From a virus, in IMG/VR virus record IMGVR_UViG_3300048583_000035, positions 1 through 41,278 of that record: a DNA stretch of 41,278 bases, one strand, 5' to 3'. The notes below the pieces were generated by a model that had not been told where the DNA came from, did not search any database, and worked only from the letters and a program-made list of their open reading frames with translations. This document shows, one piece after another, positions 39,731 through 41,278 of this stretch. Position 1 is the stretch's first letter, and each line of letters opens with the position of its first letter. A program made the translations under genes and the position numbers.

Positions 39731-40222
39731 CTACGTTACGTCTTTGACCACCGTCGTGCGCTCGCTGCCGGTCATGGTGGCAGTCACGCGGTCTTTGGTG
39801 TCGTTGAGGTCGCGGAACTTGACGATTGGATTCGGTCCGCTGGTGTCGATGTCGGTCTTGCCGGCCGCCACTGCGATCAGCAGCCGAAGCGCCTGCTTTA
39901 GCGAGTAGCCAGACTCAATCTGTGCTTCGAGCACGGCGCCGGTCACGTCGTCTTGCGATAGCTCGTTGACCTTGCCGACAGCGCCGAGCCGATACCGCTG
40001 CCGCATCTGTGCGAGTGGCGACGATGCCGACGCGGTATTGACGGCCGCCATCTTCCGGCCGCCCGTCAGCTTGGCCAGCGGCGACGATGCGACGGCAGTG
40101 CCTACAGCGTTCAACCGCTTGTCGGTCTTGAGCGTGGCTTCTGCGGTCGGGTCCACAGTGCCCACGGCGGACATCGCCGCAGGGCCATAGAAGTGCAGCG
40201 CAGCCCAAGACGCGAGCGGCAT
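39731..40222 (-). CDS. virion structural protein, unknown
   Basis: 163 aa in the late operon. Confidence 0.5.
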   Translation of the reverse strand: MPLASWAALHFYGPAAMSAVGTVDPTAEATLKTDKRLNAVGTAVASSPLAKLTGGRKMAAVNTASASSPLAQMRQRYRLGAVGKVNELSQDDVTGAVLEAQIESGYSLKQALRLLIAVAAGKTDIDTSGPNPIVKFRDLNDTKDRVTATMTGSERTTVVKDVT

Positions 40223-40223
40223 G

Positions 40224-40853
40224 TCAGTCTGCGGTGTAGGTTGCCAGCACGCCGAAGGTGACGGACAAACCGAACGTGCCGACCGTGTTTGACGTGACGT
40301 TTTGCACCGTGATGCCTTGACCCTCGCGCAGCACGATGGGCTTGGCTTTCGGGTTCTTCAGTTGCGGCAACAGGTCTTGACCTTCCGCCCGCGTCATCGG
40401 CGCCTGAGCGGTCGTGAGTTCCTCGCCTGACATCACCAGCCCAGACAGCCGGTTGCCGGCCGTCACCGTGCCGTTTGTGCGCACGGTCACCTGCGCCGGC
40501 AGTGCAGCCGCTGCGCTGTCGTGCAGTTCTGGCGTGATCGTCGTGCCGCCGCTTGATGCGCTGCACTTGAGCACGTCCCAGCGCAGCACTGCGCCGGTCA
40601 CCGCCGCGACTTGCAGCAGGATGGCGCGCAGGTCGTATATCTCGACCACCACGCCAGACCCAGCCGCGTTGAACAGGGTCAGCATATGCTTCGACGCGGC
40701 CGGGGCCACGTCGTTTGCCCACGCCGTGTAGGTCGGCGCAAACTCAAGCGACACCACCTGCGCGAGCACGTTGTCAGCACCGACGACGCGCTCAAGCATC
40801 TTCAGCTTGTCGCCCGTGCTGTCGGGCGGGACTTGGGTGAACGTGGCCGACAT
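40224..40853 (-). CDS. virion structural protein, unknown
   Basis: 209 aa in the late operon. Confidence 0.5.
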   Translation of the reverse strand: MSATFTQVPPDSTGDKLKMLERVVGADNVLAQVVSLEFAPTYTAWANDVAPAASKHMLTLFNAAGSGVVVEIYDLRAILLQVAAVTGAVLRWDVLKCSASSGGTTITPELHDSAAAALPAQVTVRTNGTVTAGNRLSGLVMSGEELTTAQAPMTRAEGQDLLPQLKNPKAKPIVLREGQGITVQNVTSNTVGTFGLSVTFGVLATYTAD

Positions 40854-40856
40854 CGA

Positions 40857-41278
40857 TCAATCCTCCGCAAAGACCAGCGCGCCGGCCGGGAAAAGTGGCG
40901 TCGAGAGCGCCGAAACGATGATCGGCGTGGTCAGTGCCGTCTTCCGCAGAATCTGCGACGTGCCGGGCGCGCAGGTCGCAACGTGCGTAATCGTCTGCGT
41001 GCCGACAAACGACACATTGCACTCCGGGAAGGTGATCTGCGCCGCGTTCTTGTAGGCGTTGCCTGAAGCGTTTGCGCTGTACGGGCTCAAGCCATCGCAA
41101 ATGGTCCAGCCGGCCACGTCACGCGACACCAGCACAAGCGCGTAGTCGTCATAAGTCGCTTCGTTCGTGCCGGGCGAGCCAGCCTCGCCGGGGTCCGCTG
41201 TGTAGAGGCGAACTTGCAGGTTCGCGCCGTAGCTGGGCATCGCCACAGCATTGGCCTCGAACTTCACGAAGTCGTTCT
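40857..41278 (-). CDS. 3' part of the junction-spanning virion structural protein gene (true start at 149)
   Basis: The frame ..DFVKFEANAVAMPSYGANLQV..LVFAED is open to the window end. Its upstream codons lie in 128-149 of the circle. Confidence 0.8.
   Translation of the reverse strand, partial: NDFVKFEANAVAMPSYGANLQVRLYTADPGEAGSPGTNEATYDDYALVLVSRDVAGWTICDGLSPYSANASGNAYKNAAQITFPECNVSFVGTQTITHVATCAPGTSQILRKTALTTPIIVSALSTPLFPAGALVFAED
41152..41278. repeat. terminal direct duplication, copy 2
   Basis: Identical to bases 1-127. Confidence 0.95.

Overview
The window is a closed, complete genome of a temperate, high-GC P22-like podovirus. Unique length is 41,151 bp, because bases 1-127 are repeated exactly at 41152-41278. 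All family calls rest on motifs, gene order and sequences recalled from memory; no database search was run.

Layout:
- Minus strand 19101->11940: Cro-like regulator, SF2 helicase, Toprim primase, small wHTH/Zn-ribbon proteins, and a PAPS-reductase-like/VRR-NUC block.
- Minus strand 11943->149, continuing across the contig junction 41151->32268: terminase, P22-type portal, scaffold, coat, gp4- and gp10-like tail hub, a GH5 glycanase plus a LamG-like protein, three ejection-protein-sized genes, a beta-helix tailspike and a 3-TM holin.
- Plus strand 19166->31604: CI-like repressor, early-left genes (DUF669-type SSB, Gp157-like), a 5.7-kb accessory region, lambda-type xis-int, and four further small genes.

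Main result: the accessory region (23198-28911) is built like an integron cassette array.
- Thirteen ORF units are separated by 58-108-bp imperfect palindromes with attC architecture: an RYYYAAC box, an unpaired spacer, an L stem with one bulged G/C and one bulged T, a variable loop, and a GTTRRRY box.
- Each ORF unit is bracketed by its own 7-12-bp perfectly complementary box pair.
- An attI1-like simple site (GGCCTAAAACACG|TTAGGCC on the minus strand) sits at the int-proximal end.
- All bulges lie on the 3' arm of the plus strand, so the canonical attC top strand is the minus strand and every cassette ORF is antisense to the canonical cassette direction.
- The only recombinase present is a lambda-type Int with Xis, not a recognisable IntI.

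Other points:
- Two sigma70-like promoters share an identical 22-nt leader.
- A 660-bp structured non-coding gap lies where endolysin/spanin genes or attP would be expected.
- A 38-codon hydrophobic ORF is antisense between late genes.
- No tRNA, rRNA, CRISPR array or reverse transcriptase was seen.
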